From: an uncultured virus (IMG/VR IMGVR_UViG_3300031787_008284)
Taxonomy: Duplodnaviria; Heunggongvirae; Uroviricota; Caudoviricetes
Reading direction: 5' to 3' (one strand)
IMG/VR virus record: IMGVR_UViG_3300031787_008284
DNA: 20,000 nt
The translations under genes and the position numbers were made by a program. The notes under the pieces were generated by a model. It did not search any database. It was given only the letters and a program-made list of their open reading frames with translations, and was not told the DNA's origin. Every line of letters begins with the position of its first letter. The first letter of the stretch is position 1. This document shows, one piece after another, positions 16,587 to 20,000 of this stretch.

Positions 16587-17834
16587 TTAATTTTGAGTTA
16601 CGCGTTCATATGCTTCCCAGATCTTGTTATCAACATGTTCACCGGTATAATATGAATCTTTTAGATATTTAGTTTGAAGGTTATAGAATAAAGTTTTATA
16701 ATGCTCTGGGTTTTCGTTTAGATACTCAATTTTCTTTTTAAGATCTTCAGGTGATTTACAACGAATAAAATGATCCTTTGGAAACACATTACATTCAGTA
16801 TCGTAGGATGGATGTAAGAAAGGTATAATACCATAGTGCAGCATTTCAGCATACTTAGAAGTGACCATACCCTCTTTAATAGGAACGCAGAATGTATATT
16901 TAGTGTTAAGGAGTTCTTTAGTTAAAGATTCAATTCTCATTTCCCCCTTAAAGTAATTAGGGTATTGTTGAACCAATTCTTCATCCCATTTACCATAGAT
17001 ATCGGTTTGAACACCAGTTTTAACAATGTATTCTCTAACAGGATCCCAACGATCCATTCCGCCGGAACCTTTACCTTGATTCTGTAACATCATAAATGAA
17101 TTAGTCTTTTTCATATTAAATAATTCATCAATGTTATATCTTTTCTTATCTAATAAGAATACCGTTTCAATTCCTGAATATTCAAAAGTAGAATGTATCT
17201 TTGCAGTTTCACGAGTAGGTGGATTACAAAAATACTCTTCATCCAATTCAAAATTATTCTGTGCAAGATAATAAGTAGGGCGGTTATGAGCCTGATAATC
17301 TTTTGCAGCAAGAATAAATCTATTATCAACCAATAGACCTACAATAGGAGTCTTTGGCATTTCATTAAGAGCCTTAATAATTGGTGCAGCATAATACTTA
17401 AAGAAGTCTAATGACTTAACAGTACCAGTACCATCAACCTTATTAATAAAGTTTTCAATATTTACAGTACTTGCCGGTCCTGTATAGAAAAAGATATAGT
17501 CTAATCCTAATGACTTAATAGTTTCAACTGTTTCTTCGGTTGATTTTCTTTCATCCATTTTAGAATGAAATTCCTTAATATTAGAAGGAATCGTATTTGA
17601 TGATTCTGGTGCTGGTCCAAACAGAGGTGCTGCTTTAGGTTTTTCTTTTGCTCTAACCTTTCCTAAATCATTTGGACTAAGAAGCCAATACTCGACATTA
17701 GGATTTCTTTTTGCAATTGCACAGATTAATTGTTTAGGTTCACAATCTCCGCCAATCGCATTCCAACTATTTTCATTAAACTTAATAGCCTTGCCAAGTT
17801 TAAAGAAGCCTACCTTTTTTACATTTTCTTTCAT
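16587..17834 (-). CDS. T4 DNA beta-glucosyltransferase-like (GT-B) enzyme
   Basis: Collinear by-eye match to T4 BGT as recalled: LLVDNR/LFTDIR, EYSGIE/EYFPIE, R...REYIVKTGVQTDIYG/R...VEFLFDTGLNIEFFG, FKGEM/FTGKI, VTSKYAE/ITLRVWE, SYDT/EFDT, EDLKKKIEYL/AELIDRVNEL. Confidence 0.75.
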   Translation of the reverse strand: MKENVKKVGFFKLGKAIKFNENSWNAIGGDCEPKQLICAIAKRNPNVEYWLLSPNDLGKVRAKEKPKAAPLFGPAPESSNTIPSNIKEFHSKMDERKSTEETVETIKSLGLDYIFFYTGPASTVNIENFINKVDGTGTVKSLDFFKYYAAPIIKALNEMPKTPIVGLLVDNRFILAAKDYQAHNRPTYYLAQNNFELDEEYFCNPPTRETAKIHSTFEYSGIETVFLLDKKRYNIDELFNMKKTNSFMMLQNQGKGSGGMDRWDPVREYIVKTGVQTDIYGKWDEELVQQYPNYFKGEMRIESLTKELLNTKYTFCVPIKEGMVTSKYAEMLHYGIIPFLHPSYDTECNVFPKDHFIRCKSPEDLKKKIEYLNENPEHYKTLFYNLQTKYLKDSYYTGEHVDNKIWEAYERVTQN

Positions 17835-17835
17835 A

Positions 17836-18540
17836 TTATTTAGCTTGGATTAATTCTTCAATTACTTTTTTATCTTGTTCATATGTTAAATCATACCAAT
17901 CAATATCAAGATGTTGAATATCCAGGTTATTCATTGAATTGATAAGATGGGTAATTTCATATTCATTACGATTAGATAATTTAATACTGCTTAAATTATC
18001 AAATGCTTCTTTTGCAAATATCATATAACCACAAAAATATCTACCGCTTACTACACCGTGCGGTTTTTCCACAACCACGTTATCTAGGATAGTTGCCAAT
18101 TGGAGATTCCTTGCTCGCGTTTCATAATCTCTATAGGTAATTACACTCTTCTTAGGATCATGATATTCTAATCCAATATTTCCACGATAAAAGTTATCAC
18201 CAAATAGGCAAAGGAACGGTTCATAAAAGGCACCTTGCCATGCTTTAATAGCAGCACCAGGACCATACTCGTCATCCTTTTGGAATTCATAGTAAATATC
18301 TATCTTATCTTTATATTGTGATAAAGATTCAATAATAGGATGAGATAACTTAATGTTATTCTTAAAGAAGAAGTCTGATTTACTGATTGTTATGTATGCT
18401 TCTTCAATTCCATTTTCAATGCAAAATTCAATACAATACTGAATTGTTGATTTACCGAGAATAGGATCAATTAATTTATTTGATCCGTATCTGGTTGATT
18501 TTCCAGCAGCCAGGATAATTGCCTTTTTTACTCTACTCAT
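17836..18540 (-). CDS. Sugar-1-phosphate nucleotidyltransferase (RmlA-like)
   Basis: IILAAGKSTRY..NKL, FQ...GPGAA, LFGDN, VEKP, LSNRNEYEIT, WYD. Confidence 0.88.
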   Translation of the reverse strand: MSRVKKAIILAAGKSTRYGSNKLIDPILGKSTIQYCIEFCIENGIEEAYITISKSDFFFKNNIKLSHPIIESLSQYKDKIDIYYEFQKDDEYGPGAAIKAWQGAFYEPFLCLFGDNFYRGNIGLEYHDPKKSVITYRDYETRARNLQLATILDNVVVEKPHGVVSGRYFCGYMIFAKEAFDNLSSIKLSNRNEYEITHLINSMNNLDIQHLDIDWYDLTYEQDKKVIEELIQAK

Positions 18541-19283
18541 TTTGAATATTTTATTTCAAGTTCATTAAATAACTCGTGACCTTTTTTAAGGAAGGTACCT
18601 GCCAATTCATATCTTTCATTCAATTCAAAAAATGGAACAGCTCCTAAGAGATGTACCGCTAAATAAAATTTCAAAAGATACTCATCGTACCATTCATACA
18701 TAATCTTTTCAGCTTCTTTACAAAACCTTGAATATTTTGTACTTTGGTTATTGTATATATGGGTTTCATACTCCATCACAAACGATTGCATAAGTTTACC
18801 AAAGTCATAATAATCTTGTTCTTCGGTACCCCTAGGATCAATAAAGATAAATTTATTATCATAAAGAATATTACTTACGGTTAAGTCTCCATGTACAAAA
18901 CCCCATTTAGAAACACCATCGAGTTTACCTTCATAATAATAACCGGTTCTTCCTTCTAATTTATCAAGATATGATCTGGTATCAACATCTTTACCATATC
19001 CTTCAAACTTATTGATTATTTGAATAAGATCCTCTAATTGAGATACAGACTTTGTAATAGGTTGATCACAAATTTGATCATACCATGTTGGAAACTTTTT
19101 CATTCTATATGAAAATTCACCAATAGGATCAATCTTAATAAAGTTAGGATGTGGACAATTAATAAGCCAATCCATCTGCTGCTTAAACTTTTCAGGATAA
19201 ACTCCAGCTTCTTTAATTACATGATCCTCGTGGAGATATACTCTATCCCCGCTGTTTCCTATTAAAATTTTACTATCAGACAT
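18537..19283 (-). CDS. APH/choline-kinase-like phosphotransferase
   Basis: GNSG Gly loop, VIK, catalytic HGDLTVSNIL, FIDPRG, YDFGKL. Confidence 0.85.
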   Translation of the reverse strand: MSDSKILIGNSGDRVYLHEDHVIKEAGVYPEKFKQQMDWLINCPHPNFIKIDPIGEFSYRMKKFPTWYDQICDQPITKSVSQLEDLIQIINKFEGYGKDVDTRSYLDKLEGRTGYYYEGKLDGVSKWGFVHGDLTVSNILYDNKFIFIDPRGTEEQDYYDFGKLMQSFVMEYETHIYNNQSTKYSRFCKEAEKIMYEWYDEYLLKFYLAVHLLGAVPFFELNERYELAGTFLKKGHELFNELEIKYSK

Positions 19284-19819
19284 TCAATACCAAGTTTACG
19301 TGCAAAAGTAGAATCAACTTCAGAATCACCTATCATTAGGTAATCTTCTCTATTCCATCTATGTGAAGTATGATCATTAAAAATAAGTTCCCCCATTTGA
19401 GGATGAGGTTTCTTTTTAGAAACCATTTCTCTAGTATAAATTCCTAAAAATAGATTAGGATCAATTCCATGATATGCCATTATTTTATCAACATTTTCTC
19501 TGGAAGAATTTGATGCTATAATACATTTTTTAGGATAGTGATTCTTTATAACATAATGTAATAAATGATTCACCTGAGTTCTATGAATCATTTTTGAGAA
19601 TATATCTTTTTTATATTCTTGTGCTAATAATGATTCTTCTTCGGATAGTTGATATTTTTTTAATAGAACATCCATTCCATAATTAATATCAGCATGTATG
19701 CTTTCAATCGGGATTTCAATATCCAATACCCGCTCAAGAGCATGTTGCCATGATTCTGCATGTACATCAATAGTCTTTACTAAAGTATCATCAAAATCTA
19801 TAATTAAGCACTTCTTCAT
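19262..19819 (-). CDS. HAD-family phosphatase (beta-PGM/YqaB-like)
   Basis: DFDDTL motif I, HAESW cap, ASNS motif II, KKPHP motif III, IGDSEVD motif IV. Confidence 0.88.
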   Translation of the reverse strand: MKKCLIIDFDDTLVKTIDVHAESWQHALERVLDIEIPIESIHADINYGMDVLLKKYQLSEEESLLAQEYKKDIFSKMIHRTQVNHLLHYVIKNHYPKKCIIASNSSRENVDKIMAYHGIDPNLFLGIYTREMVSKKKPHPQMGELIFNDHTSHRWNREDYLMIGDSEVDSTFARKLGIECLIVKF

Positions 19820-19838
19820 TGCTATCTTTGAATTTATT

Positions 19839-19865
19839 ATTATACAAAGATATTGAAAAAGGTTT
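19839..19865 (-). promoter_or_regulatory. Putative promoter AAAC-N17-TATAAT heading the modification operon
   Basis: AAAC at 19865-19862, 17-nt spacer, TATAAT at 19844-19839, downstream of a terminator. Confidence 0.6.
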
Positions 19866-19886
19866 TAAGCAAATAGGACTTTTTAT

Positions 19887-19920
19887 AAAAGAAAAGGACC
19901 ATCTTTCGATGGCCCCTTCT
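19887..19920 (-). terminator. Intrinsic terminator with GAAA tetraloop
   Basis: Minus RNA AGAAGGGGCCAUC-GAAA-GAUGGUCCUUUUCUUUU. Confidence 0.8.
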
Positions 19921-19973
19921 CGGATCAAGGATGCGCCTAACTTAATAGGCGCTAAAACGATTAAAGATTATTC

Positions 19974-20000
19974 TTAGTCTCCTGTACGTGAACTCTTAAC
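19974..20000 (-). CDS. Probable 3' end of an upstream gene (...VKSSRTGD*)
   Basis: Eight codons ending in TAA, followed by a hairpin and a terminator. Too short to identify. Confidence 0.3.
   Translation of the reverse strand, partial: VKSSRTGD

Noticed and set aside
13291..19819. Bacterial LPS/capsule locus
   Set aside because: No flippase, polymerase or membrane proteins. The cluster contains DNA-acting enzyme types and sits among T4-like replication genes.
1..20000. CRISPR array, tRNA/rRNA genes, transposase, intein or homing endonuclease
   Set aside because: No spaced direct repeats or matching motifs were seen, and the recombinase, helicase and nuclease genes are of normal length.

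Overview
AT-rich segment of a large T4-related (jumbo-type) myophage genome, with all real genes on the minus strand. In transcription order (right to left) it holds: a seven-gene sugar-nucleotide/DNA-modification operon (HAD phosphatase, APH-like kinase, RmlA-like nucleotidyltransferase, T4 beta-glucosyltransferase-like enzyme, SDR epimerase, atypical C5-cytosine methyltransferase, GT-A glycosyltransferase); a probable sliding clamp; the C-terminal half only of a split family-B DNA polymerase; two GT4 glycosyltransferase frames joined out of frame at an A9 tract; UvsX; a small unknown protein; gp41 helicase; a gp33-like protein; gp47/gp46; a gp15-like tail terminator; a large unknown protein; and the 5' end of a gp55-like late sigma factor missed by the ORF track. 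The most interesting points are a candidate cytosine hypermodification system whose methyltransferase keeps its catalytic motifs but has altered SAM-binding motifs, the frameshift-joined tandem glycosyltransferase, a six-copy AAAC-N17/18-TAWAAW promoter motif, and a repeated covarying 3'-UTR hairpin. All family calls come from motif recognition by eye, not database searches.
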